NCBI GenBank assembly: GCA_029945195.1
Contig: GCA_029945195.1_4117.1
Source: a phage
Length of the DNA: 64,000 nucleotides
Direction: 5' to 3' (one strand)
The translations under genes and the position numbers were made by a program. The stretch's first letter is position 1. Every line of letters begins with the position of its first letter. Shown here one piece after another: positions 49,147-60,769 of the stretch. The notes below the pieces were generated by a model. It worked only from the letters and a program-made list of their open reading frames with translations. It was not told where the DNA came from and searched no databases.

Positions 49147-51109
49147 ATCTAATTGTTACCAATGTTCTTCCGTCGAAACGTACATCAGGAGTTGAAGGTA
49201 TACTAAACACTACGTTAGTGCCGTTAAACGTAACGCTATCGACCTCAACACGAGTATAGACACCAGGACTAACCTGTTCCTGTATCTCTGCTGTGACGAT
49301 GTTTGAGGCTGTTACAGTAAGGGTGTAGTAGTTACCACTTAATACCCAAGATGAAATTGTAAAAGCATCGGTTCTCACTGAACCTGAACCAATTGGAACC
49401 CATTGACCTTGAACTTTTTGCATTGAAGTACGCTCGGTATTGGAGTATGCAATCATACCATCAACGCCAACAGAGTTATCAATAGTAGCTAGTACTGGTA
49501 ATTGGATACCATATCTATTAAAACGTGTTCTTATAGTTCCATTATCATAGATACTTACATCAGCATAATTACCCATTGATAGTTTTAAATCAGAACTAAC
49601 TAATTGGATTGTACTTTGATTAGTAGTACTTTCTAATGTAATTATACCATTAGCTAATAGATTTATATTTTTAAATTTATTAGTTGTTCCATTGAAATTA
49701 GTGTTTGCTGTAAACGTACTAACTCCATTAACTGTAATTGTATCAGATGCAGCATCGCCTAATGTAGTATTACCTTGAATGTTCAAATTACCACTAGCAG
49801 TGATATTACTAGCTGATGTATCACCAGTCAATGTACTTGTACCATCAACCACAATATTACCATGAAACGCACTTTCACCATTTTTAAATTCAACTTGTAC
49901 TTTATTCATTGAACTAAATGAAATAATATTACTACTAGCACTTAGTCCAACATTAGTATTGGTTGCATTATCAAATCTTAGTACTGGGGTTGATGCTGGG
50001 GTTGAAGTTGTTTGGTATAATGTTAATGTTGAATTATTAATTCTAATACGTTCAGTTCCAGCAGTACTGAAACCAATTGCATCATCTGCTGGATGAAACA
50101 TACCAGTATTAGCGTCTGACCATTTTGCAGGATCATTACCTGGGTTATTGGTTGGATCAAATGGATTGTTATTAAATGTCAATGCTGGTGCTGCTGCACT
50201 ACCATAGACCACACCAAAACGCCCTGAGCCGCTTGTTCCATCATTATACATGGAATCACCAGTTCTACGTAAACACTCAATCACAACGTTATCTATGGAT
50301 GTTTGAACGGTCCCTGCGTTTGTCCTAAATTGACGATGATTTGCAATCATTACAGTATTGTCATATAATACTGAAGCAGCGGAAATGCTTGTTCTTGACT
50401 GGCGTAGACGTATGTTTTTATCTTCAGTTATAATAATCCAATCACCATCTGATAGTGCGGTTTGGTTCATTGGAACACCTGAAGCAAATGGTTTGGTTAA
50501 GTCAGCATCTGTTGCTAAATTTTTAAGACCATCATGACCAGTACTAGGAATAGATGCAGGAATAATTCTAGCGAAAGCGTATGTTACTAGTTTAGCACCA
50601 GATATATTTGGATTAGAGTCAACATAATATAAAATTTCAATCCAATTACCTTGTCCAGTTGGATTTGTAGGTGTAAATGTAACAGGACTTGTTTGTGGAT
50701 TATTTGCTTCATAATGGGCTTGTGCGGCATCCATAATACCACGAACAACATAATAATCACCATTTAGTGATGCTGCTGGTGCTGGTAGTGGTGTTTGTGC
50801 TAAAGGTGGATCAATATCATCTGGGATAGGATTGTATGTACCAACAAACTGTAAACCACTAGTTACTGAATCTGGTAATTGGGAAGTAAGAAGTTTACCA
50901 TTTGCATCTAAGTTTGCAAAGCGGCGATATGCCATAGTACCATCTTCAAAATCCAGAACACCTTCAAATGATTTCCATTCCTTATTGTATCTAATCATCC
51001 CTGATCTTATTACATCAGCGGTTTCTTTTGATGGTGCTTTCGGTAACTCTAAAAAAGATTTACTATCAATAATTACACCACCATCACCTCTAATTCGATT
51101 TATACTCAT
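49145..51109 (-). CDS. Tail fibre / structural protein (654 aa)
   Basis: GAGGAA SD before ATG; S/T/N/G-rich beta-type composition. Confidence 0.6.
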   Translation of the reverse strand: MSINRIRGDGGVIIDSKSFLELPKAPSKETADVIRSGMIRYNKEWKSFEGVLDFEDGTMAYRRFANLDANGKLLTSQLPDSVTSGLQFVGTYNPIPDDIDPPLAQTPLPAPAASLNGDYYVVRGIMDAAQAHYEANNPQTSPVTFTPTNPTGQGNWIEILYYVDSNPNISGAKLVTYAFARIIPASIPSTGHDGLKNLATDADLTKPFASGVPMNQTALSDGDWIIITEDKNIRLRQSRTSISAASVLYDNTVMIANHRQFRTNAGTVQTSIDNVVIECLRRTGDSMYNDGTSGSGRFGVVYGSAAAPALTFNNNPFDPTNNPGNDPAKWSDANTGMFHPADDAIGFSTAGTERIRINNSTLTLYQTTSTPASTPVLRFDNATNTNVGLSASSNIISFSSMNKVQVEFKNGESAFHGNIVVDGTSTLTGDTSASNITASGNLNIQGNTTLGDAASDTITVNGVSTFTANTNFNGTTNKFKNINLLANGIITLESTTNQSTIQLVSSDLKLSMGNYADVSIYDNGTIRTRFNRYGIQLPVLATIDNSVGVDGMIAYSNTERTSMQKVQGQWVPIGSGSVRTDAFTISSWVLSGNYYTLTVTASNIVTAEIQEQVSPGVYTRVEVDSVTFNGTNVVFSIPSTPDVRFDGRTLVTIR

Positions 51110-51193
51110 TTAAATATTTCCTCAGAATAGATTTATATGATGTATTTATTTTAGTTAAAAGAAAAGGCCAAGCATAGGCTTGACCTTAAAAAA

Positions 51194-51973
51194 TTAACGT
51201 ATACGTTCAGGAATATCAACACCTTCATATACCCAAGTTGCAGCTTGTTGTGCCTTATAAATTGCATCAGGATCTAAATCATCAACTGCATCAATTGCTG
51301 CACACTGATTGTCACATTCTGTAAACAATTGCTCAATCATAGCAAAGGCTCCAGTGTATAGTTGTGTCATTTCAGTAGCAGATAATTTTACAATTGCGTC
51401 ATCAAGAAAAATAGAAACACTTTCAGAACCTGAAGTGACTTGTGTATAGTAATTAAGAAGCATTTGACGACCAGACATATCAGTACTGTAACGATGACCA
51501 TTGAACATATAACCAGAATTCATACGATTTGTACGTTCTGATATAGTTCTTGCTTTTAAATCAACTTTAACATCTGCTATTGGCATATCAATATAATGAT
51601 ATGTTTTAAGAACAGTTAGTGCTTTATATTCTTCGGTAGCGTCTTCTAAAAATTCAACAATAGGTTGATTTTCATCTTTTAATTTAATAAACTCCAACGG
51701 TTGTTCAATAGCATTAACATTTCCAACATTTTTATACACTAACCACCAAAAACCTTCTTCTTTTCTAACAGCATCATTAGGTTCTACTGGGGAACCATCT
51801 TTACTTGAAATACCATAAAGAGTTCTAATATCACTATAAAGATAACGATAGGTTTGTGGATCTTCTGGTGTTGCACCAGGACGTTCTTTAAGTCCTTTTA
51901 CACCAATTGGATTGGAAATAATGTTTCCCAATTCATAATTTTCTTTTGAATTTCCTTTCACATATGTGAACAT
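51194..51973 (-). CDS. Hypothetical protein (fibre-associated?)
   Basis: GTGAGGT SD before ATG. Confidence 0.5.
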   Translation of the reverse strand: MFTYVKGNSKENYELGNIISNPIGVKGLKERPGATPEDPQTYRYLYSDIRTLYGISSKDGSPVEPNDAVRKEEGFWWLVYKNVGNVNAIEQPLEFIKLKDENQPIVEFLEDATEEYKALTVLKTYHYIDMPIADVKVDLKARTISERTNRMNSGYMFNGHRYSTDMSGRQMLLNYYTQVTSGSESVSIFLDDAIVKLSATEMTQLYTGAFAMIEQLFTECDNQCAAIDAVDDLDPDAIYKAQQAATWVYEGVDIPERIR

Positions 51974-52037
51974 ATAACTACCTCACTTGTTATGATGGTG
52001 TCACCCAAAATGAGTGACACCTTTATTATTATAATTA

Positions 52038-55000
52038 TTAAGCAGTACGTTGTGCAATAAACATATCTGTTACTGGACTCACACCGTCATAAATGACTTG
52101 GTAGATAGTTACAGAGTTTGCAGTTTTGTTCAGTGTGCCATCAACAACCGCATAAGTACCATCAGTAGTAAAGTTTCTATTACCTGTTGCATCTTGTTTC
52201 ACATAAATGTATACTGAAGATGCTTTACCACCACCGATTAGACCAGTGATTGGTGCTAGAGTGGTATCTTGATCTAGAGTGATAAAGTATACGTTGCTAG
52301 TACCGTCTGGGGTCCAAGTACCAGTTGGTGCGATAACAGAAGAAGTTACTTGATTAGGAATAACATCATATTTTTTAGTAGTTACTGTTGTAGTAGTTAG
52401 GTCAGCATTAGTAGTTGTTAATTGACCAGTTACAGTTACATCTTTATCAAATACTGCATTTTCTTTGAAAGAAGATGTTGCATTGACAGTTAATGTATCA
52501 GCAGCAGCGTCACCTAAAACAACACTACCATTTGCAGTCATTAAACCAGTAACAGTTAAAGTACCACCGATTGTTGCTGCTCCAGTAACAGATGCACTAG
52601 CAAGTGTTGCTGCACCAGAAGTAGTAATGGTAGTTACTGAAGTTGCTGCTAGGGTTGCAGTACCTGTTGCAGAAATATCACCACCAACAGTTAGGTTACC
52701 AGAAGTAATTCCAACGGTTCCAGTAATGTTAGCACCACTTGACATTGTTACTGCACCACCAAATGAACCAGTAGTAGTTACTTCAAGGGTGTTCCCTTTT
52801 AGTAGACCAGTTGCAGTAATACTTGTACCTGCGGTAATACTAGTACCAGCAGCAACACTGTTGGTTGCAGTTAATGATTTAACAGCCACGTCAGAGTTTG
52901 CTTGGTTTAGTGTTGCGTTAAGTAGACCAGTTACTGTAAAGTTACCGTTGTTAACTACGTTACCATTGATTGTTAAGTTGTTGTTTTGTGAACCAACATC
53001 ACCAATAGTTGCTGATTTGGAAATCAACTCTGCACCAGAAGTAATATTACCCGCTGCACTAATAGTGTCCGCCGCAACAACTGCATAAGGTTCAATTGTT
53101 TGACCACTAACGTCAATATCAGCGTTGATACCACCATCTACACGCAAGGAGCCAGCAATGTAAGTATTAGGGAAAATCTGAACTGTCTCTGGTTGATCGC
53201 CAATTTTAGTACCGATAATAACATCAGCACCAGTTTTAACTGCACCAGAGGTTGTTAGAGAACCTAAAGTTGTAGCACCAGTTACACCTAATGTACCACC
53301 AATTGTTGCGTTATTAGTAACTGCTAACGCAGCACCTTCACCATTAAGAGCGATTGATGGAGCAGATACTGCACCAGTTACGCCTAATGTGCCACCAATT
53401 GTTGCGTTGCCATCTGAATGTAGAGTTGTAGCTACAGAAAGACTGTTAGCAACTACATCAGTACTAGCTAAATCCAATGCACCTGGGGTTAATGTACCAG
53501 TAATGTTAACATTATTACCAAAGGTCGCTGCACCAGTCACATCTAGTGTAGTACTAAATGTACCAGATGTTGCAGAGATTGCACCTGAATCTAGTGATCC
53601 AACAGTTGCTTTACCAGTTACACCTAAAGTTCCACCAACAGTTCCATTTGTGGTTACATCCAATGTACCAGTACTTAGTTCTTGTGCGGTTACCTTACCG
53701 GATGCAGTAACAGTTGAAGTGGAAACACCACCAGTTAGAGTACTAGCACCAGTAACACTTAATGTGGTTGCCGCAGTTACGCTATTCACACTAAGATCAG
53801 CACCGGATAAGTCCAAACCACCTTCAGGAACAAATACACCCTTAACAGTTAGTTTTTGTACTGTACTATCACCTGTTACATCCAATGTAGAAGCAGTTAA
53901 ACCACCATTCATACTTGCTGCACCAGTAACACCTAGTGTAGTGGTTACAGTAGCACTATTAAGTGTTGAGCTACCAGAAATATTAGCACTAGAAGCAGTA
54001 ATAGTTCCAGAATCAACTTGTATACCACCAGCAACAACCTGAATTCCACCAGCATTAACTGTTAGTTTACCAGCAGTATTCAATGTATTTGAAACTGTTG
54101 TTGCACCAGTTAAAGTTGTAGTGCCAGTTACACCTAAGTTACCAGAAATAGATGGACTACCTGTAATGTTACCAGTAGTTAGTATCAAATCAGTACCTAC
54201 GGTAGTGGAGCCAGTACTTTCTAGTGTTACACCGACGATGTTTGCAGAACTTAGGTTAATAGTACCATCAACAGTTAAGTTACCTTGAACGGTTGCATCA
54301 CCTAGAGAAGTTAATGTCTTCACAGACACATCAGTTGTGCTAAGATCAATAACACCCGCAGTTAGTGTTCCAGATACTGCTAAATTACCAGTAATCGCGG
54401 TATTTTTAGTAATGGATACATTTTCTGCCGCTGAAGTAATAGAACCAACAGTAAGTACACCACCAACAGTTGCGTTATTAGTTACATTTAGAGCAGTTCC
54501 AACACCAGATAGTGTTGCTGACCCACCAGTAATTGCACCTGAGATTGAAGCTGTTGCTGCTGAAACATCACCAGAAACTACTGCATTTGTTGCATTTAGA
54601 GCAGACACAGTAACTTCAGTACTTTGAACTTTAGGTAGAACGTTGATACCTTCTGCACTACTAACTGTAATAATACCAGTACTTGTTAGAGATTTAACAG
54701 ATACATCAGCACCACTTAAATCAACTGTACCAGAAACAACAAGATCTCCACCAATATTTGCTCCAGCGGTAGTAGTAATGGATTTTGCACTTACATCAGT
54801 TGTGCTCAAATCAATTGCACCTGGTGTTACTGTACCAGAAACTGTTAGGTCACCAGTAATAGATGTATTATTGGAAATAGATACACCATCAACGTTACTA
54901 ATTGTTGGGGTTTCTACAGAAACTGCTTTAACTTTACCTGAAGAAGTTACGTCAGCTACGGTAGATGCACCAGTAACATTCAAATTAGTAATATTTGCAG

Positions 55001-57563
55001 TTGTTGAACCAAGGGTTGCAATAGTTGCATCAGTACTTTGAAGTTTAGGTAGAACACTACTAATTGTGGATTCATTACTAACAATTGCACCAGTACTAGT
55101 TAAAGATTTGACAGTAACATCAGCCGTAGTAAGATCTACTGTACCATTAACAGTTAGGTTACCACCAATAGTTGCACCAGCAGTAGTAGTAATGGATTTA
55201 GCATTAACATCAGTTGTTGCTAGATCGATAGAGCCTGGAATAACTGCACCAGTAACAGTTAGGTCACCAGTTACATTTGTATTATTGGAAATAGTGACAC
55301 CACTTGCATTTGAAATGGTTGGGGTAACCAACGATGCAGTTGTAGTTTCACCAGTTACAGTTAAAGTTGACCCAACTAGAACAGATGAGCTTGAGTAAAT
55401 TGTACCCAAATTAGCAGATCCGGTAACAGTTATATCATCAGCATTAACAGTAGTTGCCGTTATGGTAGTACTATTAAGTACTGGAAGTACGTTAGCATTA
55501 ACAAGATCATTACTTTTAACAATACCAGAAGTAGTTAATGATTTAACATTAAGGTCGGCTGCTGATAAATCAAAAGAGCCTTGAACTACTAAATCACCAC
55601 CAATAGTTGCACCAGCAGTAGTAGTGATTGATTTAGCATTAATATCGGTAGTGCTCAAGTCTAGAGAACCAACAGTTAAGCTACCAGTAATATCAACATT
55701 TTCTGTAAAGTTAGTATTACCACTAATAGTTGGTGCAGTCAGAGTTGTTGCACTAATATTAGTACCGTTAATTGTTTGCCCACTTACAGTTCCACTCGCA
55801 GTGATAGTAGGGGCCGTTACTTCAGTAGATGCACTAATTGTTGGTGCAGATACAGAAGTTGTACCAGTAATAGAACCAGAACTTACTGAACCAGCGGATA
55901 ATGCACCAGAAAGAGTTGCAGTTGTACCAGCAATATCACCAGTAACAGTTAGTTTAGCACCCACGGTAGTGTTACCAGTACTTTCAAGTGTTGCACCTTT
56001 AATATTTGCTGCCGCGACAACAGAATTAGGTGTTAGATCCTGCCCACTAACATCAACAGTTAGTCCAGTTACTGTTCCAGTAAATTCAACATCATTAAGA
56101 ATTGCTTTACCACCAACTTGTAGGAATGGTGTACCTGGAGCTTGTGTTTCGTTACCAGTAATAGTTAGGTAATCTAGTTTGTTTAGACCGTTACCAGTAA
56201 TACCATAAGTGGAAAGAGAAGCGTTACCGAAAGTTGCTGTTTTAAGAACGTTCAATGTAGAAGGAGAAACGACTTCTGATTGAACTTCGTTAGGTAGAAT
56301 AACTGTTGGGCGTTGACCTGGTGCAGTATATCCAAAACCTAGTTTCACTGCCGCATCTTGACTATTTTGACCTAAGCTGATAGCTTTAAAGGATGCAGTA
56401 CTGTTATAACCAGTAATATTAGAACCAAGAGTAACACCACCAACTAATGAAGTTACACCAGTAACGTTCAAAGATACTGCATTAATATCGTCTAGTTGGA
56501 ACGTTCCACCAAGAAGACCAGAAACATTAATGTTATTAAAATTAGCAGTACCAGTACTTTCGATATTTGGAATAGTTGCAGTTCCGGTTACTTCAAAGTC
56601 AGCAACTTTAGTTTTTCCTTTTTGAACTTCTAATAGTGGTGTGTCTGGTGATTGTGTATTGTTACCAGAAACTGTTAGATAATCTAATTTGTTTAGACCA
56701 TTACCAGTAATACCATAAGAAGATAATGACGCATTACCAAAAGAAGCAGAGGTCAATACTGTCAAGTTTGCAGGTGACATTAGCTCGGACTGAATTTCGT
56801 TTTGTAGAATAACAGTTGGGCGTTTACCAGGAGCAGTGTAAGGGAAGCTTAATCTGAAGGTTTGTGATTCAGAGTTAGAACCAATACGAATGTCTTTAAA
56901 AGTAGCAGTACTGTTAATACCAGTTACGTTAGCACCGAAAGTTACTGCACCTTGTTGGTTAGATGCACCAGTAACGTTCAATGTTACTGCATTTAAGTCA
57001 GATAGATTAAACTCACCACCAAGTGTACCACTAATTGTCACATCGTTAAATGTAGCAGTACCAGTACTACTAATATCTGTTGTACTTACATTAGTAATTT
57101 CTGCGGTATTAGCAGTAATTTTATCAAATGCAGCAGTAGTCCCAACATCAGCAGTAATATTACCTTTAAATGCTGTTGTTTCAGCAACTTCTAAGTTTTT
57201 AACTTTAGTTGCTTGTAGAGTGGTTGTACCAGCAGTTTGTGTAAAATCAGAACCAACTGATACAGTACCGTTAAAGGTAGCGTTTGAATTAATTGTTGCT
57301 GTATCAGACCCGACAACTGCACTACCGATTGTAGTATTACCCTCAACACCAAGACCACCAGAAAGTGTTGCTTTGCCACCTACATCTAAAGTAGATGTAA
57401 TGTTGGCAGTTGATGATTCAATGGCAGTAAAAGTTGCATTTGCAAAAGTTACAGTACCATTTACAGTTAGGTTATTGTTGAAAACAGCATTTCCTTTGAC
57501 TAAAAGATCCTTACCAACCGTACCAGCACCAGTAATATCTAAGTCAGTTTTTATTGAGTACAT
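52038..57563 (-). CDS. Giant tail fibre protein (1841 aa) with tandem internal repeats
   Basis: GGAGGG SD; T/G/S/A/V/N-rich; at least four ~95-aa repeats (G.IDLSTTDV.AKSITTTAGA.IGG.L.V.G.VDL..AD..VKSLTSTG) and a ~130-aa N-terminal duplication. Confidence 0.75.
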   Translation of the reverse strand: MYSIKTDLDITGAGTVGKDLLVKGNAVFNNNLTVNGTVTFANATFTAIESSTANITSTLDVGGKATLSGGLGVEGNTTIGSAVVGSDTATINSNATFNGTVSVGSDFTQTAGTTTLQATKVKNLEVAETTAFKGNITADVGTTAAFDKITANTAEITNVSTTDISSTGTATFNDVTISGTLGGEFNLSDLNAVTLNVTGASNQQGAVTFGANVTGINSTATFKDIRIGSNSESQTFRLSFPYTAPGKRPTVILQNEIQSELMSPANLTVLTSASFGNASLSSYGITGNGLNKLDYLTVSGNNTQSPDTPLLEVQKGKTKVADFEVTGTATIPNIESTGTANFNNINVSGLLGGTFQLDDINAVSLNVTGVTSLVGGVTLGSNITGYNSTASFKAISLGQNSQDAAVKLGFGYTAPGQRPTVILPNEVQSEVVSPSTLNVLKTATFGNASLSTYGITGNGLNKLDYLTITGNETQAPGTPFLQVGGKAILNDVEFTGTVTGLTVDVSGQDLTPNSVVAAANIKGATLESTGNTTVGAKLTVTGDIAGTTATLSGALSAGSVSSGSITGTTSVSAPTISASTEVTAPTITASGTVSGQTINGTNISATTLTAPTISGNTNFTENVDITGSLTVGSLDLSTTDINAKSITTTAGATIGGDLVVQGSFDLSAADLNVKSLTTSGIVKSNDLVNANVLPVLNSTTITATTVNADDITVTGSANLGTIYSSSSVLVGSTLTVTGETTTASLVTPTISNASGVTISNNTNVTGDLTVTGAVIPGSIDLATTDVNAKSITTTAGATIGGNLTVNGTVDLTTADVTVKSLTSTGAIVSNESTISSVLPKLQSTDATIATLGSTTANITNLNVTGASTVADVTSSGKVKAVSVETPTISNVDGVSISNNTSITGDLTVSGTVTPGAIDLSTTDVSAKSITTTAGANIGGDLVVSGTVDLSGADVSVKSLTSTGIITVSSAEGINVLPKVQSTEVTVSALNATNAVVSGDVSAATASISGAITGGSATLSGVGTALNVTNNATVGGVLTVGSITSAAENVSITKNTAITGNLAVSGTLTAGVIDLSTTDVSVKTLTSLGDATVQGNLTVDGTINLSSANIVGVTLESTGSTTVGTDLILTTGNITGSPSISGNLGVTGTTTLTGATTVSNTLNTAGKLTVNAGGIQVVAGGIQVDSGTITASSANISGSSTLNSATVTTTLGVTGAASMNGGLTASTLDVTGDSTVQKLTVKGVFVPEGGLDLSGADLSVNSVTAATTLSVTGASTLTGGVSTSTVTASGKVTAQELSTGTLDVTTNGTVGGTLGVTGKATVGSLDSGAISATSGTFSTTLDVTGAATFGNNVNITGTLTPGALDLASTDVVANSLSVATTLHSDGNATIGGTLGVTGAVSAPSIALNGEGAALAVTNNATIGGTLGVTGATTLGSLTTSGAVKTGADVIIGTKIGDQPETVQIFPNTYIAGSLRVDGGINADIDVSGQTIEPYAVVAADTISAAGNITSGAELISKSATIGDVGSQNNNLTINGNVVNNGNFTVTGLLNATLNQANSDVAVKSLTATNSVAAGTSITAGTSITATGLLKGNTLEVTTTGSFGGAVTMSSGANITGTVGITSGNLTVGGDISATGTATLAATSVTTITTSGAATLASASVTGAATIGGTLTVTGLMTANGSVVLGDAAADTLTVNATSSFKENAVFDKDVTVTGQLTTTNADLTTTTVTTKKYDVIPNQVTSSVIAPTGTWTPDGTSNVYFITLDQDTTLAPITGLIGGGKASSVYIYVKQDATGNRNFTTDGTYAVVDGTLNKTANSVTIYQVIYDGVSPVTDMFIAQRTA

Positions 57564-57654
57564 TTATACCCTCCATTATAACCTTGTTAATATGTATATA
57601 TTTAGTTTTATTATGCTGTTATCCAACAATTAATATGTTATTTGACAAAAGCAA

Positions 57655-57695
57655 ATATAATAAAAACCAGACTTATTTAGAACAAGTCTGGTTAA
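57655..57695 (-). terminator. Rho-independent terminator (minus strand)
   Basis: Perfect 10-bp stem AACCAGACTT/AAGTCTGGTT with T-runs on both sides. Confidence 0.55.
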
Positions 57696-57700
57696 TTTTT

Positions 57701-58597
57701 TTACTTACCAGAGATGACAATCTTACCACTGAAAGAAATATCAGAAGTGAAGATTACATCACCAGTACTACTAATTTGTGTATCAGTCACTACCAATTCA
57801 AATGGAGATGACGAAACACTCCCAGGTGTTTTATTTGCATAAATTGAAATATACAAATTATCTGGTGTTTGATTGTGTTCAGATGCAGGAATAGTGATTG
57901 TAAAATCACCATCACTAGAAACCCAATCTGCTTGGTTTACCAATTTACTATAAGGTACTGTCATTGTTGTTGCTCCTATAATGTTTACTTTAACACTTGC
58001 ATAATCTGTGATTTGACCAATCACATCAATTGTTATATCCCCAATACCACTAACTGTTACTGTGGTTTGGAATACTGATTCCAATGCAACATTACCTGGG
58101 TCACCTTGTAGTTGGATCATAATATCAGAACCTCTACCATGAACTGATTCTGGTAGTGTGTAAGTATAATGATCAGTAGTATCTGGCACTAATGTAAATG
58201 CAGAAACAGGAACTATTTCAGTAGTTACATATGAGCTATCAGTCCCAGGTGAGCTACCTTTAAATGGTTTCCAAATACCAAGATCTTTAATATAAATTTG
58301 AAGAACATTAGTACTATCAACCAAAAAGTAAACGTCACCATCTAGACCGATCGAATCGGATGGTGCTGTTGTTCCACGTAAGATACCAGAACTACCACCA
58401 CCACTGTGTGCGTTTAAATATCCCAATGTAACCAAGTGTGTGTTTGCAGTTGGTTCACCTGCTGAAATTGGAAGAAGTTGTGTTCCTGAGTAGTTTTGAA
58501 TTTGCACAACACTACCATTTGTGGTAATCTGTGCACCATTCTTCCCAAGAATGAAGGACTTCTTCATGGTTCCTTCTAAATTAGAAAAAACTGCCAT
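57701..58597 (-). CDS. Tail fibre/tailspike protein sharing N-terminal anchor with the next gene
   Basis: N-terminus MAVFSNLEGTMKKSFILGKNGAQI matches MAVFSNFEGTMQPKFILGKKGASI of 58614..60755. Confidence 0.6.
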   Translation of the reverse strand: MAVFSNLEGTMKKSFILGKNGAQITTNGSVVQIQNYSGTQLLPISAGEPTANTHLVTLGYLNAHSGGGSSGILRGTTAPSDSIGLDGDVYFLVDSTNVLQIYIKDLGIWKPFKGSSPGTDSSYVTTEIVPVSAFTLVPDTTDHYTYTLPESVHGRGSDIMIQLQGDPGNVALESVFQTTVTVSGIGDITIDVIGQITDYASVKVNIIGATTMTVPYSKLVNQADWVSSDGDFTITIPASEHNQTPDNLYISIYANKTPGSVSSSPFELVVTDTQISSTGDVIFTSDISFSGKIVISGK

Positions 58598-58613
58598 TTT
58601 AATATAATCTCCT

Positions 58614-60755
58614 TTATGGTAGGGTTATGTAAGTTACGGGTTGGGCAGCTTTTAATGCTGCACCAGCGGCAGTTGCTGTTATGATAGGATCTGCAATATC
58701 AATTCTATATACGTTGTTTACAACATACACTGCACGAGTTATATACGTTCTCAAATCACCACCATTTTCACCAGCACCGGATATAATGATCTCAGTACCA
58801 GCAGCTTTTGCATATTGGTTTTCACCCCATGACACACCCAATGCTTCTATGTATGTTTGTCCTGCTACCGTTTGTCTAATTGTGTCATATTTTCCGAAAA
58901 AAGAACCACCAACAGTTACAATATATTTTCCACCCGATTGTTTATGAATAATCGTGCCTTCAGAGAAATAGCGTCCCCCAGGAAAAGTATCGTATGGAAT
59001 ATAATATTGCTCAACTACAGGTATCAGTACTGGGCCACGGTGTCCTGTACCATCGATTGCAGTTGTAACTTTAAAGTTATTAGATGATTGGTCTATTCTG
59101 TCTACATACATTTTAGAAAAACTATATTTTGAAACATTACAATCATCTTGAACAACACAGTTAGTCCAATTAGTATAAGTATATTTAGAGCGAGTATAGA
59201 TACCACCACCTTCGCCTTCGGTAGAGAGGTGTTGACCAATTACATCTAATTCTTTAGTTCTAATATCACTAAATTTAGATGATGATGGCAAACCACGCCA
59301 AAGGATTTTAGAACAGGTGATATTGCTCAATTCTGTATTATTTAACCAATTATCAGAACCGGAAGTATAAACAAGTATAGAAGACTCTGGAATATAGAGA
59401 TTAGAAATTTTAAAGTTTCTAGGTGGTCCAGCAAAACGACCAGAAGTTACACCCCAGTTTATTGAAACCATTCTATTTGTGATAGAAGGATCATTAAGCA
59501 AATGACCAGTCAACCCATCAATAATGAATTCTTTCGAACCATAAGTTATAACACCAGCAGTGGTTAATCCAGTACCAACAGAAACTAAAGATGATGGATA
59601 AACTTCATTATTAAGTATTTTAAAGTCCATTCCTAATTCAACGTGGATACATTGTCTAACATTATATAGTCTGTTATTTTTAATAACAAAGTTTCTGACA
59701 TATTGTGTATCTGGTGCATCTAAACCATAAGGACCAGAACCAGCAACGCCAATACCAATGCCCCAGTTTGAAAGTGGGATTGGAGCGTTAGAACCATCAA
59801 CGTTTTCAATTACGTTTCCTTCAATCACAAAACCATCAGGATAATGTGAGTTAATTACGTTTAGTTCAATTGCATCACCATATATATCATGTATGTGGTT
59901 ATATGAATATCTACCAACCTTCATTTTCTCACCAGTACCTTGTTGAAGAACACCATACTTACATTGGGTCATTTCATTAAAGCAAAAATCTATTGTTCCT
60001 GGTTGTGTCATACCTTGCATTAAAAATGCAGCAGTACTTGTGATGTTTATAAATTTATTAAAATAAAACTTACCATCGCCACCGAAGAATTTTAAATAAC
60101 ATCCAGTAAGTGTTGCAAATTGTATTTGGGAATTAATAACGGATACCATAGTACCACCATTACCAGTAATAGTTCCCCCAAACCAAGTTACATCTTCCAG
60201 GTATATTGCAGTTTTGATACGGTAATTACCACCAGCCTGAATTTGGATTTTATTTTCTTTAGCATAAGCAGCACATAAATTTACAGCAGCAGTGTCATCA
60301 GTTTCGCCATCACCTTTAGCACCAAATTCTTCTGGTGTTATATAAAACTGGGCCTGTTGAACTGTACCTCCAGTAATAAGTCCGATGAAATCGCCACCAT
60401 TTTTACTGGATATAACTTTTTTATTAATGTATAATGATTTTACCCATGTGCCATTACTTTTTGCAAAAATATCAACAATACCATCTTCATCAATTTGAAA
60501 ATACGTATTATTGTTCTTTCCTACATCATCGGTAGGGGGTACAACACCAAATAATGCATTAGGGTTATCTTCAAGATATTTTACGTTAACTGCTGAATTA
60601 GGGTCAGATGAAGTTCCTACCTTCAGTGGTAGGAACTGTTCTCCTAGATAATCTTTTATAGAAACTGAATCATTGATAAAATTTATTGAAGCACCTTTTT
60701 TCCCCAATATGAATTTGGGCTGCATAGTTCCTTCAAAATTAGAAAATACTGCCAT
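58614..60755 (-). CDS. Tailspike-like protein (possible beta-helix depolymerase)
   Basis: GGGAGG SD; shared N-terminal anchor; long G/N/T-rich body. Confidence 0.55.
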   Translation of the reverse strand: MAVFSNFEGTMQPKFILGKKGASINFINDSVSIKDYLGEQFLPLKVGTSSDPNSAVNVKYLEDNPNALFGVVPPTDDVGKNNNTYFQIDEDGIVDIFAKSNGTWVKSLYINKKVISSKNGGDFIGLITGGTVQQAQFYITPEEFGAKGDGETDDTAAVNLCAAYAKENKIQIQAGGNYRIKTAIYLEDVTWFGGTITGNGGTMVSVINSQIQFATLTGCYLKFFGGDGKFYFNKFINITSTAAFLMQGMTQPGTIDFCFNEMTQCKYGVLQQGTGEKMKVGRYSYNHIHDIYGDAIELNVINSHYPDGFVIEGNVIENVDGSNAPIPLSNWGIGIGVAGSGPYGLDAPDTQYVRNFVIKNNRLYNVRQCIHVELGMDFKILNNEVYPSSLVSVGTGLTTAGVITYGSKEFIIDGLTGHLLNDPSITNRMVSINWGVTSGRFAGPPRNFKISNLYIPESSILVYTSGSDNWLNNTELSNITCSKILWRGLPSSSKFSDIRTKELDVIGQHLSTEGEGGGIYTRSKYTYTNWTNCVVQDDCNVSKYSFSKMYVDRIDQSSNNFKVTTAIDGTGHRGPVLIPVVEQYYIPYDTFPGGRYFSEGTIIHKQSGGKYIVTVGGSFFGKYDTIRQTVAGQTYIEALGVSWGENQYAKAAGTEIIISGAGENGGDLRTYITRAVYVVNNVYRIDIADPIITATAAGAALKAAQPVTYITLP

Positions 60756-60769
60756 TATGACATCCTCCC

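Noticed and set aside
51131-51139. T4 late-promoter-like TATAAAT upstream of the minus-strand fibre gene 49145..51109
   Set aside because: Only a 7/8 match to TATAAATA (TATAAATC) in AT-rich sequence where such strings occur by chance; no true TATAAATA was found in a convincing position.
52465-57633. Plus-strand ORFs inside the giant minus-strand fibre gene (52465..53088, 53389..54042, 54337..54627, 54643..55041, 55066..55398, 55624..56172, 56890..57633)
   Set aside because: They are antisense to a long, well-supported, repeat-rich fibre gene. Their P/V/A/T-rich low-complexity translations are the expected mirror of G/T/S/A-rich coding sequence, and none has an RBS.
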